Shown here piece after piece: positions 50,944 to 60,300 of a stretch of 64,000 nucleotides of DNA. Each line of letters begins with the position of its first letter. Within the stretch, counting starts at the first letter, position 1. The stretch comes from Bdellovibrionota bacterium. Lineage in GTDB: Bacteria; Bdellovibrionota; UBA1018; CAUJDS01. The notes beneath the pieces are model-generated. The model had not been told where the DNA came from, did no database searches, and worked only from the letters and a program-made list of their open reading frames with translations. A program made the translations under genes and the position numbers. The stretch lies in assembly GCA_963169695.1 (NCBI GenBank), contig CAUJDS010000060.1:64780-128779 (forward strand), given 5' to 3'.

Positions 50944-51917
50944 GGCGACGTGCCGCGATCCTTTCTTTGGTGGTCAGTGTCTTGCTATTTGGAATCAAGT
51001 TTGCGGCCTACAAGCGCACGGGATCTCATGCCATCCTTTCGGACGCGCTTGAGAGCATCGTCAACATCCTCACTGCGTTTCTGGCACTGACCGTCATCGG
51101 CTGGGCCAATCAACCGGCTGACGAGGACCACCCCTATGGTCACGGAAAGGCCGAGTATTTTTCGGCCGCATTTGAAGGGGGCTTGATTAGCTTTGCAGGT
51201 CTAATGATCTTGGTGCAGGCGGGAGAGGCCCTTTTTGACGGACCTGAGATTCGTCGGTTGGATCAAGGCCTTTGGTTGATAGCGGCTGCGGGGGTCATCA
51301 ATTATTTTCTGGGTCGGTATTTGCTTAGGGTCGGTCACAAGGGCGGATCCGCGGCACTCATTGCTAGTGGACATCATGTTTTGTCGGATGTGTGGACCAG
51401 CTGCGGCGTGATTTTGGGGCTTTTGCTGGTTTATTGGACCGGTTGGTTGCTTCTGGACCCTCTGATTGCGCTGGCAGTTGGAGTTCAACTTAGTTGGACT
51501 GGGATTCACCTCGTCAGAAAAGCGGCTGGCGGACTTCTCGACCAGGAGGATCCCGGCGTGATCGAACGGCTGAGCGAGCTTTTTACGAAGCACGCTTTCC
51601 CCGGCATTATCCGCATTCACTACACGCGCGTGATTCGATCGGGAGATCGGCATCATGTCGACGCCCATGTGGTGCTGCCAGAGTTTTGGTCGGTACAAGA
51701 GGCCCACGGGCAGACCAATCGATTTGAGGAGCGGGTTTTGGATGAGTATGGCCGCAGCGGGGAGATCATGTTTCACTTTGATCCCTGTCGACAGGCCTAC
51801 TGCAAAATCTGCGATCTCCCTGAGTGCCCCATCCGAAGGGTCCCTTTTGAAAAGAGGGTGCCTTTTTCGCCCGACGAACTTCGCTCCACCGTCGAAGCCG
51901 ACGAAATTCAAAAATAA
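50889..51917 (+). CDS. Cation diffusion facilitator (CzcD/FieF-like) metal efflux transporter
   Basis: LSDALESIVNI... and HGKAEYFSA motifs, 6 TM segments plus a C-terminal cytoplasmic domain. Confidence 0.85.
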   Translation: MGEPNGNEHLATGNEIRPRRRAAILSLVVSVLLFGIKFAAYKRTGSHAILSDALESIVNILTAFLALTVIGWANQPADEDHPYGHGKAEYFSAAFEGGLISFAGLMILVQAGEALFDGPEIRRLDQGLWLIAAAGVINYFLGRYLLRVGHKGGSAALIASGHHVLSDVWTSCGVILGLLLVYWTGWLLLDPLIALAVGVQLSWTGIHLVRKAAGGLLDQEDPGVIERLSELFTKHAFPGIIRIHYTRVIRSGDRHHVDAHVVLPEFWSVQEAHGQTNRFEERVLDEYGRSGEIMFHFDPCRQAYCKICDLPECPIRRVPFEKRVPFSPDELRSTVEADEIQK

Positions 51918-51995
51918 TCACATATTTGTGCTTTATTTCGAGCTTAGGGCGGGATAAAGGCTGGAGGGAACTGCTTCATTGGAGATCCATTTCGA

Positions 51996-53399
51996 ATGCG
52001 ATTGCCTAAGATTCACGGTGTTGTATCTGTCATCCTCATTCTTGCCCAACTCGTTTTGCCGCTTTCCGCGCAGGCAGGAGACCCCATTGATTGGAATAGC
52101 GCTCCAACCATTCGGGATAGAATGCAGGAATGCGCGCTCTTCCTTTCACTTACTCAGAAAGACCCTGACGGAAAATGGCGCCTCAATGACTCGATTGGAG
52201 TGAGGCTTTCATCCAGGTTAGAACGGCAGAGCATCAGAGAATCCTTGCAGGCTGCAATTGCTGAAAAAGGAATCGAAGAGGTACAAAAAGGGAAGATCTA
52301 CGCAACCGGGGTCGAAATGCGAGATCACAGGTCTAAGCGCAACGAAGTCTTTGAAATAGCTTCAGAACTTGGACTGAAGCTGCGTCGCAATCAAGTCGTC
52401 GTCATGTCCGTCCCTAGCAAAGTAGTAGAGTTGCTTTCTTTTCGGGCTTTGGTTAGCGTCTGGGAGAAACTAAGGTATTGGGCCCCGAGCCTTTCTCGTC
52501 ATTTTCAGAAGCCTCGTTGGGATGAAGCCTTTCATAAAATATTTTCTACAATACCGGTAGAGATTCCTACCCTAATTATGGTGTATCGTGACCTTGCACC
52601 CGCAGACGCTCATGTCGTTGCAGCCATTCACACAACCATTCTTTTTTCCTATTATCTATATACGAAGACTGTCAACAATTGGATGCAGCAACCGGGCATG
52701 AAGAACGCCGTGCCTATGCTGCTCAAGCAATTGGCGATGTCTACGCCTTTTGTTGTCAATTTCAATGTCATGTACAATATGGACAAGATACGGGCATTTG
52801 CTGGAGCAAACGGAATTCAGGCAACCTTAGCTGAGTTTCCTGAGCAGGTTGCTACGTTTGGCGCCACTCAGGGATTGACGGTAGCGCTTCAAACCATCTT
52901 TTATACTGTCCTTATGGGAAAGCGTATTGGACCTTGGATTGATTCCAAATCCGATCCTCGACAAAGTGTTTCCGTACGATCAGCGCAAGCATGGGTCACG
53001 GCGCCTTTTTTGGCCGCTGATTCTTTCTTTATTGCTATGGCTTCCTCAGGGAAGGATCCGCTCTGGTCCTTAGACCTCCCTTACGGGACCTTCAGTATTA
53101 ATCCAGGTCACCTCTTGCTTGCCGGTTTGACCGCAGGAAGTGCCGTGATCGCAAAGCCCTATATTCTTGATCCATTTTTGAGATTTTGGATGTGGGGAGA
53201 AGATCATGTTGGGCCAAAATGGCGAAGGGTGAAGGCTGGTGCCTTGGACTTTACAAAAAACTCAGTTCGATTTTTTTCTAACTTGGTTGGGATTGATGTT
53301 TCACGATTGTTTAAAGAAACCGTCGAATCCAACGCAAAGGACGATGCGAAAGAATCGGATGAAGAGGGTGGCCAGACGCCTCCTACCTCAGGAATCTAA
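51996..53399 (+). CDS. Hypothetical membrane protein
   Basis: Signal peptide MRLPKIHGVVSVILILAQLVLPLSAQA. Several TM segments in the C-terminal half. Confidence 0.5.
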   Translation: MRLPKIHGVVSVILILAQLVLPLSAQAGDPIDWNSAPTIRDRMQECALFLSLTQKDPDGKWRLNDSIGVRLSSRLERQSIRESLQAAIAEKGIEEVQKGKIYATGVEMRDHRSKRNEVFEIASELGLKLRRNQVVVMSVPSKVVELLSFRALVSVWEKLRYWAPSLSRHFQKPRWDEAFHKIFSTIPVEIPTLIMVYRDLAPADAHVVAAIHTTILFSYYLYTKTVNNWMQQPGMKNAVPMLLKQLAMSTPFVVNFNVMYNMDKIRAFAGANGIQATLAEFPEQVATFGATQGLTVALQTIFYTVLMGKRIGPWIDSKSDPRQSVSVRSAQAWVTAPFLAADSFFIAMASSGKDPLWSLDLPYGTFSINPGHLLLAGLTAGSAVIAKPYILDPFLRFWMWGEDHVGPKWRRVKAGALDFTKNSVRFFSNLVGIDVSRLFKETVESNAKDDAKESDEEGGQTPPTSGI

Positions 53400-54094
53400 A
53401 CCTGCCCGCACTTCAGGTTGGCGGGGACGGCTCTTTCGATTTGCTTTGGTGCATCGAGCTTAAGTTCGTTCATGATGATCTGAAACGCTTCTAAATCAAT
53501 TTCGTCCTTGAGCCTCGTATTGTGAACACGCTCTTCCCCGATGGAAGAACTCAAGGCGCCATCATAGTTATGGCCCGGAAAAACCAAGGTAGATGCAGGC
53601 ATTCTGAAGAGTTTGTTTTTGACGCTATGAAAGAGCTTCGCGGAGTCTCCCTGTTGAAAGTCGGTTCTGCCACAGGCTCGGACCAAGAGCGCATCACCAC
53701 TGAAGACCATTCCATAGCCGCTTGGATTGTAGAAGCTCAAGCAGGAGTCGGTGTGGCCAGGGGTCTCTACCACATGCAAGCTGTGATTGCCGAAGCGGAC
53801 TTCTTCGCCTTCTCGCAAGAAGCGATCAGCGCAATCCACCCCGCTATTGCGACTCAATCCTACCTTAGAATCAGAGAAGCGTTCTCGAAGTGCGCTCGCT
53901 CCCGTTATGTGATCGGCATGTACATGGGTATCTAGGATCCAAAGCAACTTCAAATTCAATTCACGGATGATGCGAGCATCTCGATCCACCATTTCTAGTA
54001 CGGGATCTATGATAACGGCTTCTTTGCAGCGTGAGTCAGCAAGGAGGTAAGTGCAGGTACCGGTTTCGATTTCGTAGAGTTGACGAAAGATCAT
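53396..54094 (-). CDS. ETHE1-like persulfide dioxygenase (MBL fold)
   Basis: [19 protein letters not shown]...AVIIDPVLE...LDTHVHADHITG closely resembles the ETHE1/glyoxalase-II-like family (HxHxDH). Confidence 0.8.
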   Translation of the reverse strand: MIFRQLYEIETGTCTYLLADSRCKEAVIIDPVLEMVDRDARIIRELNLKLLWILDTHVHADHITGASALRERFSDSKVGLSRNSGVDCADRFLREGEEVRFGNHSLHVVETPGHTDSCLSFYNPSGYGMVFSGDALLVRACGRTDFQQGDSAKLFHSVKNKLFRMPASTLVFPGHNYDGALSSSIGEERVHNTRLKDEIDLEAFQIIMNELKLDAPKQIERAVPANLKCGQV

Positions 54095-54552
54095 AATTTC
54101 TTCCAAACTTCTTTCAAGGCGCCCATCAGAGTTGGATGCTGAAGGATTTCGATGGCCAAATGATTTTGCGGGGTCTCAATTTTCTTTGGGAGGGTTCCGT
54201 CAGGATTTTCTTCAGCAAACGCATAGAGAAAAGTTCCAGGCTTCTTGGCGTAAACGATTATTTTTCGGGTGTAAATGCCATCACCTGCTTTTTTGTCTCC
54301 CATCACTCCATCGTCGGTAGCAATGCCCATGAGTTGGAGGACCTGGCCAGATTCATCAATTCGGACAACCGACAAACGAGCCTTCGGAAGGTTGGAAGGA
54401 TGAACTCTCGCTGAGACGATAAGGTTGGTGCTTTCTTTGACAAAGACGCTCTTCTGATCCGCATGGATTTCTTCAATCGGAACTGAAGCATGGGACGTGA
54501 GTGTCAAGCTAGTCGCTAGGGCCAAGCATGGAAGCAGGATCCATCCATTCAT
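54091..54552 (-). CDS. Hypothetical secreted protein (153 aa)
   Basis: Signal peptide [22 protein letters not shown]. 5' end overlaps the fumC 3' end by 44 nt. Stop overlaps the ETHE1-like start (ATGA). Confidence 0.45.
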   Translation of the reverse strand: MNGWILLPCLALATSLTLTSHASVPIEEIHADQKSVFVKESTNLIVSARVHPSNLPKARLSVVRIDESGQVLQLMGIATDDGVMGDKKAGDGIYTRKIIVYAKKPGTFLYAFAEENPDGTLPKKIETPQNHLAIEILQHPTLMGALKEVWKKL

Positions 54553-55906
54553 CGAACTGTTTCTCCGTTAGGTGCCCAAGAGCAACAGCGGCAGCCTTGA
54601 GCGTGATTCCGTCTTTATACGCTTTCTTCGCAATTTCTGCAGATTTATCGTAGCCAATATGAGGATTGAGAGCGGTCACTAGTGTCAAAGACGCATAAAG
54701 CAACTCTTCGATGCGCTTTTCATCCACAGCCAATCCAACGATGCAATGGTCGGCAAAACTGCGGCAGGAGTCCTTGAGGAGTCGGACAGACTGGAGCAGG
54801 TTGTGAATCATCACAGGCTTAAATACATTGAGCTCAAAGGTGCCTTGACTAGCCGCAAAAGCGATTGCCGAATCATTGCCGTAGACCTGGCAAGCGACCA
54901 TCGTCAAAGCTTCGGACTGAGTGGGATTGACCTTGCCGGGCATAATAGAGCTACCGGGTTCGTTGGCTGGCAAGATCAACTCACCGATTCCGCATCGTGG
55001 GCCAGAGGCTAGCCAGCGCACGTCATTGGCTATTTTCATCAAGCTTCCCGCTAAAGTTCGGAGTGCACCCGATGCAAAGGCAATGGCATCGTGAGAGGCG
55101 AGGGCTTCGAATTTATTGCGAGCAGGCCGAAAGGATACACCCGTCATGGTTGATATTTTTTCGCAAATCTTCTGGTCATAGCCTTTTTTGGAATTCAGCC
55201 CTGTGCCAACGGCGGTACCACCGATGGCAAGGTCGTGAAGGTTCGGAAGTGTGCTTTGGATCCGAGCCATTCCATTTTCGAGTTGCGCAATCCACCCGGA
55301 CATCTCTTGACCAAGCGTGAGAGGGACAGCATCTTGAAGGTGCGTGCGTCCTATTTTGATGATTTCAGAAAACTCATTGGACTTCTTCTGAAGGGCAGCG
55401 ACCAGGTGTTTTACTGCAGGAAGGAGCTCTTGTTCTAATTCCACCGCCGCTGCGATGTGCATGGCAGTAGGAAAAGAATCATTAGAGGACTGCGAAAGAT
55501 TGACGTGATCATTAGGGTGAATTGGCTCTTTGGATCCAAGTTTGCCGCCCGCCATCTCAATAGCACGATTGGCAATCACCTCATTGACGTTCATGTTGAA
55601 TTGAGTCCCGCTACCGGTTTGAAATATCGAAACCGGAAAATGCTCATCCAGTTTTCCATCAATCACTTCTTGTGCCGCCCGAAAAATCAAATCAGCTTGG
55701 CTCTTCTCGAGGTCTTTCATCTCCAGATTGACTTGCGCCGCGGCGTACTTGATTACGCCAAAGGCTCGAATCATCGACCGAGAAAATTTTGCATCACCGA
55801 TATCAAAATATTTGCGGGAGCGCTGCGTCTGAGCACCCCAATAGCAGTCCACAGGTACGTCGATCGGGCCCATCGAGTCTTTTTCGGTACGCATATTGGT
55901 CGTCAT
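54509..55906 (-). CDS. fumC: Fumarate hydratase class II
   Basis: [16 protein letters not shown] signature. 465 aa. Confidence 0.9.
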   Translation of the reverse strand: MTTNMRTEKDSMGPIDVPVDCYWGAQTQRSRKYFDIGDAKFSRSMIRAFGVIKYAAAQVNLEMKDLEKSQADLIFRAAQEVIDGKLDEHFPVSIFQTGSGTQFNMNVNEVIANRAIEMAGGKLGSKEPIHPNDHVNLSQSSNDSFPTAMHIAAAVELEQELLPAVKHLVAALQKKSNEFSEIIKIGRTHLQDAVPLTLGQEMSGWIAQLENGMARIQSTLPNLHDLAIGGTAVGTGLNSKKGYDQKICEKISTMTGVSFRPARNKFEALASHDAIAFASGALRTLAGSLMKIANDVRWLASGPRCGIGELILPANEPGSSIMPGKVNPTQSEALTMVACQVYGNDSAIAFAASQGTFELNVFKPVMIHNLLQSVRLLKDSCRSFADHCIVGLAVDEKRIEELLYASLTLVTALNPHIGYDKSAEIAKKAYKDGITLKAAAVALGHLTEKQFDEWMDPASMLGPSD

Positions 55907-55951
55907 GGCTAGCTCCTGAGTCTTTGAAGCTAGGCGAGGAGGGTGAGCATT

Positions 55952-56602
55952 TCAAGGGGTTTCGACGGGTAGAATTCCGGCACTTTCAAGCCTGGTTCTC
56001 AGATGCTCTCGAGCTCGAAGGAGTCGCGACCGATGAGCAGGAAGGCTTAGTCCTCTCTCCCTAGCTACTTGACCTAGCGTGTTGCTTGAGTTCAGGTGGA
56101 TGTCTAGTGTTGCACTATCTACTTCAGAGAGCGCTTTCAGTAGTTCTTGAAGGTTGCTCAGAGCTTCCTCTTCGCCAATAGTAGTTAGCGGTGTGGCATC
56201 GGGACCTGAGAACAATGCCAGGTCCAACTCCGTAGAGGACATTGGTCGGGACTTACGAAAGTGGCTAGACTTGAGACGGTCCTTTACCATATTTGCAACA
56301 ATAGAATAAACGTAGGTTGTGAACTTTGATTTGGATGAATCATAGTTATCGAATCCTTTGCGCAACAACCGGACCATGACATCTTGTATGATGTCTTCCT
56401 TTTCTTCTTGGGTCATCCTTGGATTGCCGGCGGTTAGCGTCGACACATATTTTGTAACGGTTTCGTAAATGTTACCGAGGTCAAAGACGCTGCTGCAATC
56501 GGGTTGAGACATTGTAAGTGTAGCAATAGACGCCTGTGAAGGACAAAGGTACAGTGGTACGCATAAAAAAGCAGCGACAAAGCTTCGAATGTTTAGAATC
56601 AT
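55952..56602 (-). CDS. ECF-type sigma-70 family protein with N-terminal hydrophobic extension
   Basis: Region 2 (DIIQDVMVRLLRKGFDNYD...YVYSIVANMVKDRL) and region 4 (SNTLGQVARERGLSLPAHRSRLLRAREHL). ATG lies 15 nt after the upstream stop. The first 25 aa look like a signal peptide. Confidence 0.7.
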   Translation of the reverse strand: MILNIRSFVAAFLCVPLYLCPSQASIATLTMSQPDCSSVFDLGNIYETVTKYVSTLTAGNPRMTQEEKEDIIQDVMVRLLRKGFDNYDSSKSKFTTYVYSIVANMVKDRLKSSHFRKSRPMSSTELDLALFSGPDATPLTTIGEEEALSNLQELLKALSEVDSATLDIHLNSSNTLGQVARERGLSLPAHRSRLLRAREHLRTRLESAGILPVETP

Positions 56603-56617
56603 TTTCTTGACTCGACT

Positions 56618-57367
56618 TTATCTAAGATTGAGAATTGCACCTAACTTCAATCGCCCCCGTCTTAGCACCATTTTGAAATTATTTATTTTCAAACCTAATA
56701 GCTGAGCAGATTCGATATAGGATTTGTCTTCAAAGTCTACCAGGCGAATAGCGTCCTGCTGAACCTGGGGGAGACTCTGGTAGGCACCCCATATCAAACT
56801 GAGCATGGAGAAGTAGACATCCTTTAAGATGAGCTCCTCTTCTTGCGAAATCAAAATGTTCAAGACCGGGCTAGTGTCTCTGCTCGGACTTCGCTCCAGA
56901 GGGTCGTGGTTGCCGTCAGGATCGTTCGGATTCCTTAGATCGCCTGAGGATTGGAAAAATTTGAGGATTTTTATCCGCTTATCTAGGATTTTCTTAGCAG
57001 CATTTTCAAAAATCCTTCCAACATAAGCCTCAAGGGTCGATCCAAAGTCTTCTCGATACTTGTGGCCCGAATATTTAAGTATATTCTCTAGGGTCAGGCT
57101 GACAATGTCCTCAACATCCTGGGGATTCAAGGTGCGTGAATACCTGCGCGCGATTTTTCTTCTGAGGATTTCAATTTCCGGAAGCGCATTCTGGATAAAG
57201 GCCTCCGCGGATGCTGTATCCTGAAAACTTGTGCGGCATGCTTCTGGATCTAATTTATCCGCTCCACCACTGGAGCCATTTCCATATGCCAAGGGAGAAA
57301 ATTCCAATGCCAAGAAAAGACTCAGGCTGAAACAATTTGTAAGAGCTTTTTGACAAGAAGTACTCAC
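56618..57367 (-). CDS. ECF-type sigma-70 family protein (paralogue) with N-terminal hydrophobic extension
   Basis: Region 2 (VEDIVSLTLENILKY...YVGRIFENAAKKIL) and region 4 (DAIRLVDFEDKSYIESAQLLGLKINNFKMVLRRGRLKL). GTG start 10 nt after the giant gene stop. No in-frame ATG before region 2. Confidence 0.7.
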   Translation of the reverse strand: MSTSCQKALTNCFSLSLFLALEFSPLAYGNGSSGGADKLDPEACRTSFQDTASAEAFIQNALPEIEILRRKIARRYSRTLNPQDVEDIVSLTLENILKYSGHKYREDFGSTLEAYVGRIFENAAKKILDKRIKILKFFQSSGDLRNPNDPDGNHDPLERSPSRDTSPVLNILISQEEELILKDVYFSMLSLIWGAYQSLPQVQQDAIRLVDFEDKSYIESAQLLGLKINNFKMVLRRGRLKLGAILNLR

Positions 57368-57377
57368 TATGGTTGCT

Positions 57378-60300
57378 TTACTTTCTCTTTTCTCGTTGTT
57401 CTTCTAACCAACGAGTAGGATTGATGCGAGTTCCGCGGTCGATCTTCCAGTCCACGGACTCTAGCACTTTGCCGTCTTTGTCGAGAAGTTCAAAATGATC
57501 CAGGAACCATCGTCGTGTCAAAATATAAGAAAAATCCAAGTTCTTTGTGCCATTTGCAGGAGATTCGATTGGCAGAATCCTGCGGACCACTTTGATTTTT
57601 GCAACATCCTGATAAATTGGATTTCCTGGATCTTCCTGAATACCTACAATCACCGAATGCAGAAAGGCACCTAGGCTAGTATGAGGGTCAAAATCCAAGG
57701 CTGTCGGCTCCGATGGCTGGGGCAGGGGAGGCGTCCATAGGCCAAAGTAGCTTCCCGCTTTTTTGGCCAGTGCAGTCCAAGTGCCATCAAGCGCGTTTCT
57801 TTCTTCCGCTAGATTATGGAGCAATTCATCCTCCGATAGAGGCTTGCCTTCTTTTTTTCTTTTCTCTGCTTCGACCTTCTTGGGATCTAGCCAAAGCGAG
57901 GGAATGGCTTTCAGGGGGTCCGGCAAATCGGACTCTACCGTCGGCGTCATCACAAAACCGTCTTCGATCACTAAGTCAGTGCCGTCCTTCTTTTTGGCTG
58001 GGAGCCGAATGGCAAATATTTTGGGTTCGATCTGTTGAAATCCATCAGGACCTAGAATGAAGAGCACATTCTGGTGCCTTCCAATCACAACGACGCTCTT
58101 AAGCAAAGGTTCGTTGGGATTCATGGGATTGCGCAGGTACTGTTTGTAAACCCAACCCGTGTTTTCGAGCAGCCAATCAAAGCCCCAGCCGCTCTCGGTC
58201 ATCTCTCCAAGGACCTTCTGCCATAGGGGTTCTAGGTTGAAAGGATCGTGATCATCTTCCTGATCTTCAGGAGGTAAGTCGGCCGTCTCGGTTCTTTGCG
58301 TAAAGACGATGCCTGAAGGAATCGTCTCGCCGCCAAGATTCACTCCGCGGTCGAGGATGCCTTTCTCACGATCGCGCTCCTTGCTTAGTGCTACGAGCTT
58401 CTTTTCAAGTGGAGTGAGGGATTCTTCCAACATGGGCTTGAGGTACGCACGAGGGTCGTCGGAGCGCATTATTTTGCTCTCAAATGCTCGGTGGCTTGCT
58501 TCGTGCGGAGCAAGGCTAGGTTGGGTGTCGGAAACAAACCAGCTCTTGATCCAATGAGTCCATGTCTTGTCCTCGGGTTGGGAGGCTCCCTTTTGCTGCG
58601 CGAGTCGCACAAGGCCTCTGCGTATATCGTCAGTTTCAAGTCGAAGATTTTTGTACTGTTGGTCAAAGATCTTACCTTCACCTTGAGTGAGCTCTTCCTG
58701 GCTCATGCCCAGAGCTTCGACTAGGTCTTCGAGGGTCATTTTATTTTCTGGATCGACGAGTTGTATTTCGTCAAATTTCAGACCATCCAAGAAGTCACCT
58801 GCATAACGTGCTTCGTCCGGAAAGCCACTAGCCATCATGGTGATTTCGCGTACGCCGTTTTTCTCAGCTATAGCTAATTGCTCCATGATCTTGTCGACCT
58901 GGGGTTGTCCGATGAATTGCGCTCGCGGGAATCCGGCGGCCGCATCTTGCACGCCTTTGTTGATCAGGCCGTCTTTTTCGGTCAGTTCATTAAATAGCGC
59001 AGCTGAAGTGAATCGATCCACGCCCGCAACAAGAAGCTGTCCTGCGGCTCCGGGTATTCCGCCGAGTTTGCCAAGGCTAAGTTGGAGAGGCGCAGTCGCC
59101 ATGGCAAAAGGAAGTTCGAAAACATTGCCATAGAGTATAGAAGTCTTGGCATAGTTGCTGGCACTCATCGCACCATTGACCGAAAAGTCTCTCTGACCAC
59201 TGACCATGATTTGATGTGCGGTCGCGAGCGATCCTGACCAAAGCAAGGTGAAGGCCGATTGCGTAGCCATCGCCCCTTTCATTGAGCGAGATTGAAGGGC
59301 AAAGGGCATAAGAAATACAAGCATTCCCGAATTGCTCATTCGGTGAAGGAGGATTTCATTGAAGTCTTTATTGTCTAGGTTGAAATCGACCTTACCGTCA
59401 CGGGTGAGCAGATCTCCGGCCATTCCTGCGGTCCACTCAGCAAGCAATCCCCAACGGGCATACTGCCAGTATTGTGGTCCACGAGAGCCCAGAGCTGCAC
59501 GATAGGTTGCTGATCCCACTCCATTGACTAATTTGGAGGCGCCTTTGACAAAAGTCTTCACCGTAGCGATGGGCATTCGTAGGACTTTGACTGTGCGAAG
59601 CCCACGTAGCGGATCCATACCTGATCGGAGTTGGTAGCGGACAAGCCACTGTGCCAAAGATTCGCCTTGATTGAAGGTGGGGATTTTTTCTGCTGCGTTT
59701 CGGCCTGCCTTGATAAGGGTCATAGAAGCGGGACCATTATTCTCACGTTGAATGGAGCGTAAAAGTTCGAGACGGTTCCCGTCGGCGTGGATGCTGGCCA
59801 TCCGCATCACCTCAGGATGTCGACCGAGGACGGCATTCTGCCTTGCGAGTTGGAGGAGTTGTGTCTCGGAGTGCAGGCTACGAATAACGCCTTCTGCGAG
59901 CTTTCTGCTTCTGCCGATTTTCAGTAGGTCCATGTAGCTCGCATCTCGCAGGTTGCGGTAGTTGCGAATCAATCGTATCAGCGCCCGTCCGCGAACTGAA
60001 AACGCCTGAAAAAACTGGCGGAAGGGATTTTGGGTAAGCTTGATATCTGCTGCATACTGGAAGAAAATACGAAATCGGTTTCCAACCTCCAGCCAATAGT
60101 CGACTTCACTCTGTGTCGCCCCTGGGATTGAAAAACGCGCCAACTCAGCATTTTCCAGAAAAGCAGTGTGACCTAGCCTGCTGGTTTCGATGTGATTGAA
60201 GGCTCGTTGGTTAATGGCATTAGGTGTCGCCAATTTCCGAGCCCCCTCGTCGATGCTGCGACTCACATAGCTTGCGTAGGTATCGGCCTGTGTGCGGCCT

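Noticed and set aside
51201-51911. 236-aa minus-strand ORF
   Set aside because: Antisense inside the cation-diffusion-facilitator transporter gene. A common artefact at this GC content.
53522-53935. 137-aa plus-strand ORF
   Set aside because: Antisense inside the ETHE1-like gene.
55457-55912. 151-aa plus-strand ORF
   Set aside because: Antisense inside fumC.
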